64,000 nucleotides of DNA. Origin: Phoronis australis (taxonomy: Eukaryota; Animalia; Phoronida). The translations under genes and the position numbers were made by a program. The notes beneath the pieces were generated by a model. That model saw only the letters and a program-made list of their open reading frames with translations. It did no database searches and was not told where the DNA came from. The stretch spans positions 443,846-507,845 of the forward strand of contig NMRA01000018.1 of the NCBI GenBank assembly GCA_002633005.1. The letters run 5' to 3'. Shown one piece after another: positions 38,453-52,200 of this stretch (positions within the stretch are counted from its first letter, which is position 1; each line of letters begins with the position of its first letter).

Positions 38453-39658
38453 GGTAACACAACCGAACGCGTCGTTATCGAGTAGAACTACTCGATCTAA
38501 ATTGATACAAAATAGGTTGTTTTTTGGGTGGCATTCTCCTTTAAAAGTAATTAGTGATGTGTGCCAATTTTCAAACTTGCTTTAATCTCTTGACGACTGA
38601 CAATGGTAACAGAGCATTCTCTCATATTAAAGGTTTATAGGAGCAAGTCGTAGTCAGTATCCGTATAAACAGACCAAAACCGGGTTAGTATACTTTCAAC
38701 AAGCAATTGGAACATGCACCATTCCATGTATTTCAGTATATAAAAACAATAAAATAATTGTTTTAGGAAATCGTATATTTACCAACGAAATCAATAAGGT
38801 TTTTGGGAATTACACAAAGAAAGCAGTATTGTCGTTAGGTTCCCAAGACAACGATTCGACAGCTGAAGCAGACAACAAACGTTCACTTTAGCGACTATAG
38901 TCAGACCTTAGGAGGCACTGGCTTTTCTTCATTTGTCTCCTTTCTTTCATTCTGTCGAAATCTCAATAAAAAATGGAACGATTCTAGTCCTTTCACCTCA
39001 AACGCGGAACAAAAACCACAAAAAATTATCCTGTCTCATGCGTTTGGTCTCTTCACGTCCATCGAAAGGGAGAGATTTACACTTTTCAACCCCAATCCAG
39101 CACTTCCTCGCCAATGGTCGACACAAGGCCCAACACAAAAGAATTTGCTACAAATTACACAAAATAATGTGATCTAAAAGTGCTGCCATCCAATCAAAAT
39201 TTTAAAAAATCTAGGTTGTTTGAAGACTTCCTGAATTCGCAGCAGATTCCGCAGTCACTTCACTTCAATGCAACACCGTTAGTGGGAACCTCCATTTTGA
39301 AGAAAAGGAAGTCTACGGCTGAACTAGTGGATCCAAGGCATGTTCATAAGCACAAGCAATTCAAAATCACCCAATATACTTGCAATGCATATCTTAAAAC
39401 TGCCACCAAACGGCTGGTCCAACCCAAGAATTTAAATTCTAATGCAGATTGACCGCAGACACTGTCACCAGGTGGCGAGACCGTCTCGTCCACGAGTACA
39501 AGTTGGCGTTGGCTTAGAAAGTAAATGACCTGAGATGAAAACGGTCATAGCTTTCTAACCCGCATTGCATACATTCCAGGGGCCTTGTGTGTCTGTACAG
39601 TATCTGCCTCGTCCTTTGCAGTCTTTTGCTCTATAGTCGATACTAATTCACTTACCGA

Positions 39659-39717
39659 TATTATTTAATACTATCTGTGGCATGCGGACCATTATTTAAT
39701 ACTATCTGTGGCATGCG
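39659..39717. repeat. Short direct duplication
   Basis: attatttaatactatctgtggcatgcg occurs twice, 31-bp period. Confidence 0.85.
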
Positions 39718-42700
39718 AAACAGTGTATAGCACGCCATGCTAGTTTCAAGGTGCATTGAATGAAGGTTCGTGTAAAACAATGTTAATGAACACTCTTGAG
39801 TCGCTATTTTTGTATACTCTTTAATGAAAATACTCTTTCGGCAGTGTCCACCGATTTATATGATCACCAGTCGGAAGTTTTGGTAAATAACGGTGCAAAC
39901 TATTATAATAACGCGTAGGTGCGAAATTTTGATTAGTGGAATCTTTGCTTTTCTCTCGACCACTTGAAACCAGGTTCAATAACTTATTTCAAAGCTGCTC
40001 TTTCTCCTTAATTTTCGTAAAAAATACAAAATGAATGTTAACGCAAACTTATTTTGAAATTTTTTTCGCAAATAATGCTTTTTCAACACGAATTTAATTT
40101 GTTCGAAATTGGTACACGTTAATAGGGAATTTTAAAGTTGAATTTTGAATTTCTGGTGGTCCATCAACAAAATGGCCACCTCAGTGGACTACTACCGATT
40201 TTCAAATTTCGTTAGAAAAATAAGTAACGCAAATACATACAGGGCGGTAACTTAAGAAATACTCCTACTTCTGTGAGATACACATCTTGTGATTGGCGGG
40301 ACCTTTTCTGTATTGTAAGCTGAAACGAAAGGTTATCTTTAAACATCTCCGTCATTTATTATAATCTGTGCGCCTAAAGCCTGTACTACAAAACCCGGTA
40401 TGTAAGCCTATGGCGTTATACATGTATGCAAAATGCATTTCGGGAATATTTAAAAAAATTAACATATTAGCATATCCCCAATGATCCTGTCCGCGACAGG
40501 TATTACAGGTATTACAGGTATTAAAAAAATTAACGGCTTTCAGGTGGTTCTGGTTTTTATGTAACGTGCTATCCCACACGGTAAATACATAGACATAACA
40601 GACTTTAACAAATCTGCGCTTTTTGTCTAAGACCAACTTCTGATTTAGGCCCCCTATTGTTTATAAAGCGGCCTCATCTTTTTCCTTTCTCAGATTAAAA
40701 TCATTTACAGACTTGAGGCGAACTGTCTAGACTGTCGTCGTTTCAGACACGGTGGGTTAGTTTCAGTCGCAAGGAAAAGTTATGGCTTTCAAGGGGAATT
40801 CCAGCGGGAATTCCAACCGATTTGTTATCGCCAGTTTCAATGCAAACTGAGGATAAGAACACAATTACGTTACTTTGAAGGAGTAAATAGGTCTGTGGTA
40901 AAAGTAGGTGGTTTTACACCATAAAACGGTTTTGCGAGCATTCTAATCAGTGAGAACTCGTGTACTCACTAACACCGGCAAGGGCAAACGCAGATGGACA
41001 CTTGGGATTGGCTATTTGCAAACAAGCTTGACTGTAGACGTAGGCTAAAACATATCTACTAGATTCACACTCGTTCCTTTCATTCAGATTGTGTGGCAGA
41101 GATGAGGTTTGGGTGTTAGGCATATATGTCGGCGCGCCCGGGAAGATTAGAGTTTCTGATTTTACGGTCCGTAGCAGCTTGCCCATAATCATGACATCAA
41201 AAGACAACCTAGCCTAAAACTTATCACGTTTCGATTATTTTTGTAAAGTAATGTACGTATGATTTACTTTGCCTGTTGAGACCTCAACGTGTTTAAGGCG
41301 TAATTTGATTTGGTAACAACAAATGGCTAATCAAAGTTCAATTAAAACGGCAATAAACCCTCCGAAGAAACTTTTTTGATTTACACCACTTACCGTTATA
41401 TGTAATTGGTCTCAGTTTGTTCCTAACTCGGATCAGACGTGCTGTTTGGTCTTGCAACGAACCGGCAGTCCGTTATTCTTCGAGACTATTAAGTGTTCGG
41501 CGAATAAAATACGCCGTGACAAGTCATCATGTAATGCTTGGTCTCCAAGGACAACGAGCGGTAGTTCTCTCCGAGCCCATAAATCACTTCTGTTTCTAAT
41601 TAAAAGGAGCAGCTAATTTCATGAAAAAAATGTTTGTGTGACGGAAGGCGGTTTCATAGTCGCTTTAATTTACCTGTAGCCAGGAATAACTTATCATGCA
41701 CAAAAATATCTTATCTGCAAACCATGCTAGCAAATACAGACTGCTAGTCTCGATTCAACATACACGTACTGTTAATACTCGTGTTTTGCATTCTTGAACG
41801 CTAATGATACGAATTAGCGGAGCATTATCTGAAGTGAAAGTTTAGAATCACTCATGACTACGTACGTACAGCACGCCAATTTTTAATCGGACTCTAAAAG
41901 TTGCTTCGAATTTAAAGTGGAAGAATTACACATGTTGAAAACTTAGTGTCACTTAACTTAGCGTCTCTTAAACTGGATATATGGGATTATCAAGCCTTAA
42001 ATTTTGATTATCCTAAGAATTGGAAATTGCAAAATCCAAGGGATCTGTATGTTTTGCTTTTGAAGAACAATAATCTCTAAATTTTAGTCTTGCAAATTGC
42101 GTGCTAAGAATATTTAAATAGTATTTTAAAATAATCTTCTTCGCTGTTTAAAATTCAAGCGGGTAATTAAACACATGCTTTCTGCGAAAAAAGTTTTGGT
42201 TTAGACGATTACCGGTATAAACTTAGTCTTATCTTATTCCTTACTACGTTTGGAAGTGATGTTCAAGCTCGAGAACAACTAACAGTTGATTCTTCAGATC
42301 AAGCTTATGAAATAATTGATCTAACGTCTCGCCCTTGATACATCAATAAAACGTCAGCTTCCGAAAATACACAGGCATTACACTAATACTCAGCGAAATC
42401 AAAGGTAAATCATTGGTGCGTTTGAGGAAAATCGCCCATGTCTCTTTCAGGAAAGTAAAGCATGCCGACAGAGCGCCCAGGGTCCCCAACCTTTTACATA
42501 ACGCCAGACTGACTTATCAGCTAATGAGCAAGCTTACTTGTACGGACATAGCCCTGACGGGCGTTAGTTTGGACAGGGGGTACTCGACTATGCCACTAGT
42601 AAATCAGGATGCACACTCTTCATGCCGGCTAAATGAAAACCAACCCTGTTAGAGAATCAGCACCATTAAAAGGGTTCCATGTGTAGGAAGTGTATGTATT

Positions 42701-43100
42701 TACGTCACCCTTTCGTAGCCGAGGGATTTTCTTACTATGTAACACTTTTGCAAGGGGTTGACCGGCCTACTAAAATCGATTGGTATACGTAGAGGTTTGT
42801 GACAAGAAGCTCTTTTGCAGAACTGCAACCGAATATGCGAACCTTGCGAGTTTCTTATTTAGCGAGGTTAATCACTGAGATAAGGCACCCCTGGCCCATT
42901 TGTATACTCCCAAGGCCCAGATAATTTCCGACATGCACCTTTGAGCGTGCACTTCAGGGTACAATAATGAGGTATTTGGCGTGTTTAGTTTTCCGTTGTC
43001 TTTGGCGCAATCGTTTTGACATGTTCTTATCTAATTTTAAAACATCCACACTCAGTTATTGTCAACGCAATGAGATAAATATAACTAGAGTTGATATCAT

Positions 43101-43166
43101 GTGGATTTTGGAGAATTATCACCCTCGGGGCTAACGCCCCTCGGGCGATAATTCTCCAAAATCCAC
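43101..43166. repeat. Palindrome with perfect 20-bp arms (Crypton-type hairpin core)
   Basis: gtggattttggagaattatc-accctcggggctaacgcccctcgggc-gataattctccaaaatccac. Confidence 0.75.
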
Positions 43167-43643
43167 TCGGGCTCTAGATAACGGGGGATAACGACTTCGA
43201 CATGTAATAATTTATATTTATCATTATCTTGTGCATCCAAAACTTAAAAATAAAAACTTTTTAAATTATATCATTGAATTTTTTCCGCAATAATGTATCA
43301 TATTCATTACGCCGCATCTTAAATGTCAATTGTCATATAGTGCTTGATTTTACTTTATTTTTGTTTCTGTTGATAAAGGACGTTATTATATCCGAAAATT
43401 TCAGTTGATCCATTCTTTTTGTTTTATTTACCCATTTATATTCTACATTTCGTGAAACAATAGCATCCTTGGGAGGATCTGGATCGCCTTATTTAGTTTC
43501 AGATTTATTTTCTACGTTATTTTCCATTTTCATAAAACGCGTATACATGTTCTTGGGGGATACAACCTGAATTAGACAATTACAGCCAGTTTTAGGGACT
43601 GTCTATCCAAGCATATAGTACTTCGGTGGCCAGCAGTGAAATT

Positions 43644-44022
43644 CATAGGCGGATTTATGAGGGTGGGCGCGGGCCACCGCCCCTCCTATTGGCTACCGGA
43701 AAAAATAAAACAGCAACAGCATGAGAAAATCTTTAGTTTATTGACTAACCCCGGTAATTAACATGCGGCTGAAACAACATATAATAATGTGTGCAGGTTT
43801 AGTTTGTGTATGCATGTGTATGTGTGTGTGAGGGGGGGGGGCTCAAACCAGATTGTAACTGTCCAAGTCAGATCGCTGCGCAATCGGTTTCCCGTTTCTT
43901 TGTTTTTTTTTTCGAGCCCCCCTATATTTTAGGCTGGATGCGCCCACGCAATCTTGCTTTGTGCGATTCCCGGATACAAAACGTTGGGCCCTCCCCCTTA
44001 TGATGTCCTTGATCCGCCACTG
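43644..44022. mobile_element. hAT-like MITE with 5-bp TSD
   Basis: CATAGGCGGATTT ... GATCCGCCACTG; TSD aaatt at 43639-43643 and 44023-44027. Confidence 0.75.
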
Positions 44023-46096
44023 AAATTTCAGTTCAACTTCTTTCAAGGTTGAGGGGAAGTTCATAAAATTACCCGAGGGGATCTTTTTGGCTAAAGCTGA
44101 CAAAAATTAACTTCATGTGTATTTTAGGGATGCAATGGTTGATGGGAGTGTCTCCTTTTCCAGCTGATAATCTTATCCGGCTTGTAAACAACTAATAATC
44201 AAGTTATGTACAATTATAAGCTTAGCTAAAACAAAACAAGTTAAGAACTAGATTCTCATGTGGGTATTAAAGGCATCGAGATAGCTTTAAACAATTATAA
44301 AAAGTATGCGGCGTAATTCGTAAACCGGCAAGAGATCCCAGGCCATAACGGCAGCGATTTCCGGTCGAATTATGTCTTTTCAGGGCCTTGTAATGACCGT
44401 TTAAGCAACGCGTGGGTCACATGTTTACATTGCTTTATGTTACCACTATTTTAAAACCTCTGTAGTATTTAAAATTTCAAATTTTCTTCTGAAAATTCCC
44501 CGGCTTTAATAAGGCCACCGTGCTATTGTTCACTCATCGTTCATCATCAATATGGCGCACCGCGTGTCACGCGCTGTGTCGCTTGCGAGTACAGTCGTGT
44601 CACCTCTATAACTCATTGGATCAACGTTTGCCACTGATGACATCACGTGGCGGAAAACAAAAAAATCATTGATTTCTTTAAAATTGAAAATTCCTCAAAT
44701 AAGTGTTTTTCAGTTAAATTTTATATTATGCAATTATTACACTATGTCTAAAACCTCAAAAAAACGCAAAAAATCCATTGAAGGATCGCATTAAGACTGC
44801 GCTCGCGGCATAATAGGCCATGGACCGTAGATTCAGACTATTCATCCTGTGACCATGTTCGGGGCCACTTAACTTTGATGATTTATTTCTTTTGTGACCT
44901 GACATAGTTTCAAGCAACGATATTCAAAACTTCCCACATTTAAGTTGCTGCAAAACGGTAGCATTATTTAGCATGAAGTAGTGCTGTTTCAGTGCTGCCC
45001 TGTCGACGTTCCCGGGTTTAAAATTCGTAGGGTTCGATGCCTCACCGGCTCGGTCGGTGTTACGTGTAACTGACTCTGTAATTCCAAGTTTTCTTTATAC
45101 CGGAGGGTTAGACGTTTTTTGTTAGTCGTTCATTTAACCATTAGACAAAACTTTTACTTACGCCAATATGCGTGTTGTGACCATATTTTGTTTGTGTTTT
45201 TAAACAAAAGCATCTACCTATGAGAAGGAATTAGCATATGACCAAAATTCAACAATGGCGCTTATTAGAGATTAAGAAGGAACTTCACAGGAGCGGCCAT
45301 CTCAGACTCGGGTAGACTAGTCGCCAATCCATTCGAAGCGTGTAAACAGCGAAAGAACACGTCATTGTTTTTCATATGGGATTAATAATTCTAGTGCCGC
45401 CTCAGGTGATACTAAGAAATTTGCCTTAAAGTTGCATTTTAATTTGAAAAAAGTATGCGTATTTTTATGACTTGATGCAACTTTACTAGCAATTTCACAC
45501 CTTAAGTGGAATCTAATTTCATTGTTTTCAAATATGTTCTACATCATGTGCAATTCTTCCAAAATTAGCCAAATTCAAAATTCAAATTTAATGTACGTGC
45601 AAGATTAAACATGAGGACAATTACTTTTATGAGAAAAAGGTTCGTGATATTAAAGATGAAAATTGCCCATGGGCCCCGGCGAATATGGTCACTGAAGTGG
45701 TTTAACGAATTGTCAGTTCTTCAAAACCAGACATCAACTCTAACGTGACTAACAGCTTGACTCAAACATCTGAAATGTAGTTGGTCTAAATTCAATTTTT
45801 ATTTTGTGAGTGGAACGCGAATTTGTAGCCGCTGTGTCACGCAGTGTCCGAACAAGTGCCGTTTCAGTTCCCAACCAAAGATTGAGGGCAGTCCTCGAGT
45901 GCATATGATTGCCTTGCAAAACCGAAAGATCATTTCGAATGTGAAAAGTACTTCTAGCCCCAGAAATACGATTTTGGTAGCCTGTTGCAAACATCATTGC
46001 CGCCGAAAACAACTCGACCCCACTTCTCCAGACTTCGACCTGCAGCGACACTAAATATCAAAACCGGTCAAAGCCGGAGTGACTCCGAGTGCTAAA

Positions 46097-46103
46097 TATA
46101 AAT
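46097..46103 (+). promoter_or_regulatory. Candidate TATA box of ABAT
   Basis: TATAAAT about 100 nt upstream of ATG 46203. Confidence 0.4.
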
Positions 46104-46202
46104 AGCACTCAGTGAATCAATAGCGTCGCATTTATACGTGTTCACGTACTACACAACAGTAGAGCACTCGGGTTACGTACATTACGGCCAGAGATCCCGT
46201 TC

Positions 46203-46248
46203 ATGATGAGTGGGTTTCAGAAGCCGGTTGTTAAATGTTACGCAGCAG
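46203..46248 (+). CDS. ABAT: ABAT exon 1 (start of mitochondrial presequence)
   Basis: [16 protein letters not shown]|gtaggt; phase 1 fits exon 2. No homology support. Confidence 0.6.
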
Positions 46249-49200
46249 GTAGGTGTTTTGTGTGACTGCTTTATGTTACCACTGCACTAGAAATATGTTG
46301 TACTTTCAACCTAGAGACCGGGCAAAACTCACTTGTTGCTATGGATAGTCTGTCAGCTGGTTTTGCAGCAGCAGAAGCGAATTGACTCCACAGTCAATGC
46401 GTTGCTTAAGAACTCACCCGAGAATGTGCAATGTAACAAAACCACCCGACTTCTGACGCTGCACGTGTGTGCAGTATCCCCCTGTGTACTCAACTTTGCG
46501 TTGTTTTCCCTGTTTCTTCGTGTCTACATGTGTTGGAATCAATACAAGGTCTTGACCCCTCAGATAAATTTGTTTACTCAACAGATTGAATTTGCACCGG
46601 CTGCTGTACACCGCTTTTATTTCTCAGGCGTAGGTCCAAGTGCAGTCAGTTGTAATATACACATGCAAGTGCAAGCTGGCCATAAATGTCTTGGAAGCGG
46701 AGTGCGCAATGAGTATGCCAAGGCAGTTGACTATGAGGCAAGTGGCTGGCCAGCGCAAATGGAGAGCTTCGAGTTCACCTGACTGTTTCGACAGTTGGCT
46801 TAATTGTCCAAGTGTGAACAACGGACGTTGCTGGTTCAACGGTTGCGCCTGTATTTTCAAGCCTTGACTTGAGATGTTTGCTCAACTAACTTTCATTTGA
46901 GACAACCATGTGAGGTGTGTCAGAGTTCGTCTTTGCTCTTGTCGGCTCAACAACCTTGCATTCTGCATTGTATACTATCTCCACATTCAGTTATATCATA
47001 TAGTACAACTATGCGGGTCCTGAATGCAATTTAATATGTGATTTGTCTAGCTTCTTTTCAGTTTCTAATGAGGTCGTTGAACTCAATTCCTGCCGACTTG
47101 ACTACACTGAATAGGTTGAATTTCTATTCATTTGTCGTACATTGTATATTCGGCCAGGATTTCCCTTGCCAGCCTAGCTGGTGACCCCGTTATTTATGTT
47201 TGAGGCGAGTCTGCTTTTCATTGGACAGTAATGGGAGAGGGATGGGGGTGGAAACCATTTTTGTCAGACTAGGCCTTTAAACTGCCGCCACGATCAATCG
47301 TAAATCCAAGTAAGGAATTGTAGCCCCCGGGATCGGAAATTCCCGGTTACCATGGAACACCTCGGGTATTTTCGTAGCCTCAAATCCGGGGACCTCGGGG
47401 CCCTGTCCCCTCGAAGGTGAACACTATCTGCTTCGGCCATACGGCAATATTACGTGGCGTGTCTTTCAAACTGAAGATTGAGCGGTCGCACTGAGTAAAG
47501 GTCGCACATGAGTAGATAACGTTCTCCCCAGAAGAGAAATTTGAGACTACTAGGTGTTTCGCATTGACTCCGAGTGAAGAGTTAGGGGCTTGTGTCTGCA
47601 TGGGGATTCACGTCGCTGATTTGGTTACTTCCCGAGTAAGATCGAGAGAAGATCGATTTTTTAACGAAAGTAACCAACAGGAGACTGGGATATCTGCCCG
47701 TGCGTTTGTGTATGTTATGCAGTTTACAGCACAAGTCCATCGCATGTGTCTCACAATATTTTGTTTGTTGGGAAACGCAGACTAAAACTAAATTTTCTTC
47801 TGTCAGTATAACTTTGGTGTCCCTAGGCACATAGACTTTGAATTCCAACTCTTTTCTTATTTTAGCCCTTGGGAAACGGAATACGTTACACGAAGGTCTA
47901 AAGGAAGTCAGTGTTACCATAAATTGAAACAAAAACTCGAATTTGTTTCGTAATTTCGTATTTTCGTAAGAAACTCCAGAGAAAAGCTAGCGTGATCACC
48001 TGCGATATCTGGCAAAGATTTGCTTGTTCTTGCGTTTTCCTGAGTTTCTCCCGTCTGTGAAAAGCGTAATTGCTCGCTGTTCAGTTGACATCATTTTGGC
48101 TTCATTGTTCGAAGTTATAGAATCACTACATTTAGCGAGGAGTTGGGCTCACGTTAATTAGCAACTTTCATGCTAAAACATTTGAATTTGTAAATGAGAG
48201 ATTGTGACAAGAAACGAGACTTCCCTTCCAAATCAAGCAATGATATAGAATAAATTGCCAAACTTTTTGTATTTTACCAGGGCGACAGTTGTTAAAGCGT
48301 GCCACAACAGTTCCTGGCGCGTCCCTTGTTCGTTGTCAACACGCGTCTGCCGCTCAAGATGAGGAGCCCAATGGACCCTTGATGAGGACGGATGTGCCGG
48401 GACCAGAGTCACTGAAGCTGCTAAAGAAGTTGGACCAATCACAGGGTGTGAGTACCATAACAACTCTCGCGCAGTTTCTTGTTTAATTTTTTTTGCTCTT
48501 TTCTATGTAATAATTCTTTTTCCGTGAAGACATCTTTTCTTCTCGATCCACTCTTCTGCTTCTTCGAATGGACAGGACTGAACAACAAACAACTCGCAGA
48601 CCGAAACGCTGTTCTTGGGATGGAATGCGGTTCGCGAGAAGTGAAGCCATGTTTTCCAGGGAAAAGAATAGTAATAGGAGATTGAGAGAAGGGAGTTTTG
48701 CCGGTCAAGAACACTGTTGGCAGGAAAGCCTCGATGTTGCACAGAAATAGAAGCCTAGGTGTCCTTGAAAGACGATTGCACCAGGCACTGAGGGTTATCT
48801 TTAGAATGAAAAATCATTTATCACTTTTAGCTTGAGTTATTTGTCAAACCTTTGCCATTTAGGGCATAAGCATGTCTCTTTCCATGTAAACAAATTGTAG
48901 ACGATTGGAAAACGAACAATTACTCGTTTTATTACTATTAATTTTCTAATTCTATGTGCTGATGGTAGAACGTTGGGCACGTGCACTTCTTCGCGGATTA
49001 CGAGAAAAGTTATGGGAACTACATTGTTGATGCAGATGGCAACAGAATGCTGGACCTGTTTACACAGATATCGTCGTGTCCACTTGGTAGGCCTTGGGCA
49101 TGTAACCTGTCTGTTTTTACAGTCTATAAATGATTATTATTGGTCTGTAAATTTACACGGGAACACTGACAATTTCGCATAAATTAACAAACTACTTTAC

Positions 49201-52200
49201 CTATGGTAGCTGCAATACCCAGTGAAACAGAAGATAATGCGTGCGCTTTTCACGTTAAAATGGATCGATTTTGTATTGCAACGACCACAGATAAGTTTTT
49301 TTTTGGCAGATTGCTTTCCATGCGATTTTTAATTAAACAATTATTTACGGAAGGTAACCTGCATAACGTCACGAAAGAGTTGAACATACCCAGATGAAGT
49401 TTGCTCAATTTCTGTGCATTCTCTACACTGATACGCGCAGAACACTAGGCCAGGGAACTGTTGCTTACAAACTGAATATTGTGTAGTAAAAATAGATCAC
49501 TTGCGTACTTCCAAATCGCCGGCTTGTTGCATAAACACTCCTACGATCTACAGTCATACACGCGGAAAATCAGGCAGCATGAAGTCTAACAAACTCAGGC
49601 GAAATGCCACTATGCTGAAACAGGTCATCGCCATGACGACTAGGGAAGTAGGGCAAAAACCCATCATTGCTATTTATCTCGCAAAGGTCCTTATTACCCA
49701 AGACCCATCAGTAGTGGTCTTGAAGATTTGAACAAGTTTGTAAGCTACTCTGTTCATGTAAAGCTTGTTGAAATGATAAGGCATTGTTTTGTTACTGACT
49801 CCATACTGTATAGAAACTTGCTCTAGGTCACAAATTAACATTCCCAATTTCTTTTTAGGGTACAATCACCCCAGTCTTATTAAAGCTATGCAAGATCCAG
49901 CGAATTTGGTAAGCTTTCTTACTTAGACAAAAACATTGATTCCATAACCCCGGAATCTTTAGTGCTGCCATCTTAAAAGGACACTAAATCCTGTTTTGGG
50001 CTATTAACTGATGTTAACAACGGGCGTGCGTTCAGTAGACGCTAGGACCTACGCTAGGACCTAGCTAAAACCTAGTCAAAGTCACGTGTTTTTATTTAAA
50101 ATACACGGTAATATCTCACGTAATCTCACGAAGTCTTGCTTTATAGCGAGGTCCTAGCGTTACTGAACGGGAGGCGGGTTTCACGTCTAGCTCTCTAGTA
50201 ACAATAATGCCCGGTAATTCTCGTGAGCCCTCAAATATTTGGAGCCTGTTTGAAAACTCCTTACAAAGTTTACTAATTAGTAGTAAGTGTAACTAACGCC
50301 TTCGACAATCTAGGGGAATCATCTACACACCAAAAACCACAGAAGTTATGTTGTGATACAATTATGTTAAGTCGAATACTACTTTTATCACTGAAAGTAA
50401 AGCATTAATGGACACTAGAGGTGGTCAGATTGAGAATTGGCTGAAACCTCCAACATATAGGGCTTAATAACCTTATAATTTGAGTTACTTGTATGCGCAT
50501 CAAATGTATGTTGAGGTCAGTGAAATTCATGATTGCCTAAAGCGGCCTACTGAGACACTTGGTTTTATGGAAGTTTCTTAGGTCTTATATTTGTTAATGT
50601 GTAAGGTCTATGTTGAGGAATAATCTAAATTAGTATAATATCAATGTACAATCTGGCATTCAATGTACACTAGAACGAGCTTCTTACATCATGGTAGACC
50701 ACTTCGTAAAAAGTAACTTAGACTTCAGTCAGACAGTTCGCCTGATGCTCCACACAACTATTTCTAAACAGTAATTAAATCTCACCTCAGCAAAAGTACA
50801 AGGTTTCTGAAAATATCTTAATAACTGCTACTTGTTCAGACGATTTTCATAAATTTGGTTTAAAATATTATGTGCTAACAATAGCGTGGACAGAACTTCG
50901 TTCAGTAATTGCGGAAAGGTAGTGTAACCGAATTTTCTAATATAATATTAAGGTTACCTAGAACTGTAGAAAGAATTTGAATTTGGCTAAATTCGAACAT
51001 CATGTCGTAGAAGAGGTTGATCAGATTCGTTCATATGACAATTTCAAATGCTATAACTCTTATAGTTGGACAAAATGGAAACGAAATGATATTTTAGAAA
51101 ACAAACGTTTTTGAAGTTTCATCTTTAACATTTATTTGTATCAAATAAAACTGGATGTGTTATTGATACCCTTGTTTGGATATCAATGTACTTTTCTTTT
51201 TACTAAAAAATAGGGTCATGGCAGATTAGTAAAACGTAAAAATCCTTGCTTTCCATTTTTAGTAAATGGTACTTAAACTGACTTGAAATTTTGTAAGTGT
51301 TTTGGCTAAATACGCAAATTTGTCCATAAGATCCTACATGAAATAACTTATCCTAAATCAGTCCCATGGTCAGTTCCAGGTTCTGCACTGGACTTGAATT
51401 TTCACGGCTACTTACGAAGTGTCAAGTTAGGTGTGAATTAGTAGGCGAGACGCAGATGAGGGGCTATGTGTTGTGACCTAAACTCTAGTACCAGAAAAGA
51501 CTAGCGCAGACGAATAACTGGAAGCTGAGCGTAACATGTGGTGGTGCTTCTGGAAAATATTGTGGACATTAATTTTGATATTCGCTCAGTTCCAACGACT
51601 TTAAAATAAACAAACCTCCTAGCTATTTCGTTTTCTCAATTTTCAGCCTTTGCTTATCAACAGACCATCTCTAGGAAAATGGCCGTCGGCTGATTGGCCC
51701 GATCGTTTGGACCGGACATTGGTGTAAGTTCACAAGTTTTGATTTGAGAGAGAGAGTATGCTAAATGCCCTGGATGAAGATTCGTAAAATTCTACTGGTT
51801 TATTGCTATCATGGATGGGGCCCCATGAGCGAATTTTCAGACGGGTCCTACTACCGGTGTTCTCAGTAGTTGGCTTTGTATCTTTGTAGTTGCTTGGCAG
51901 ATTTTCATGAAATTTTGGAAACAAGATATCTATTGAGGAGATGACGCCGCCTTTTCGTTTTTGGGTGTATTCAACATTTTTTGTACCACGTATTTGCCAT
52001 TTTTACTGTTTCTGAGTCAGCTTTTCTGACGTCCGCCTCTTCATCAGCCAAAGGGCTCTAAGGATGATTAAAATTGGTATGTGTGTTTCTACTGGGAAGC
52101 GGACGGCTAACGGAAGATTTTTGCCCGGCTCCGATCACTTTGGCGCCTTTAAGGGTCAGCTTTTGCTTCTGTGGCTGTATCTCGTGAACCCCTTGCAGGA

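Larger units (their letters stand above)
34150..38540 (+). mobile_element. Non-autonomous Kolobok-type transposon, copy 3 (best-preserved THAP; carries a nested hAT)
   Basis: TTAA|AGGAGAATGCCAC ... GTGGCATTCTCCT|TTAA. Confidence 0.88.

Noticed and set aside
39340-39430. Minus-strand PFGG...GDF resembling a PIF1/Helitron helicase motif
   Set aside because: Spacing is wrong, there is an upstream stop, and no other helicase motifs are nearby.
44955-45100. tRNA or tRNA-SINE (B-box-like ggttcgatgcc)
   Set aside because: No convincing A box or cloverleaf.
45749-46051. Divergent gene sharing the ABAT promoter
   Set aside because: No splice donor, downstream exons or recognisable domain.
21536-46203. 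Sulfatase plus aminotransferase as a functional gene cluster
   Set aside because: The genes are 24.7 kb apart, separated by transposon debris, and predicted for different compartments; there is no sequence evidence of co-regulation.
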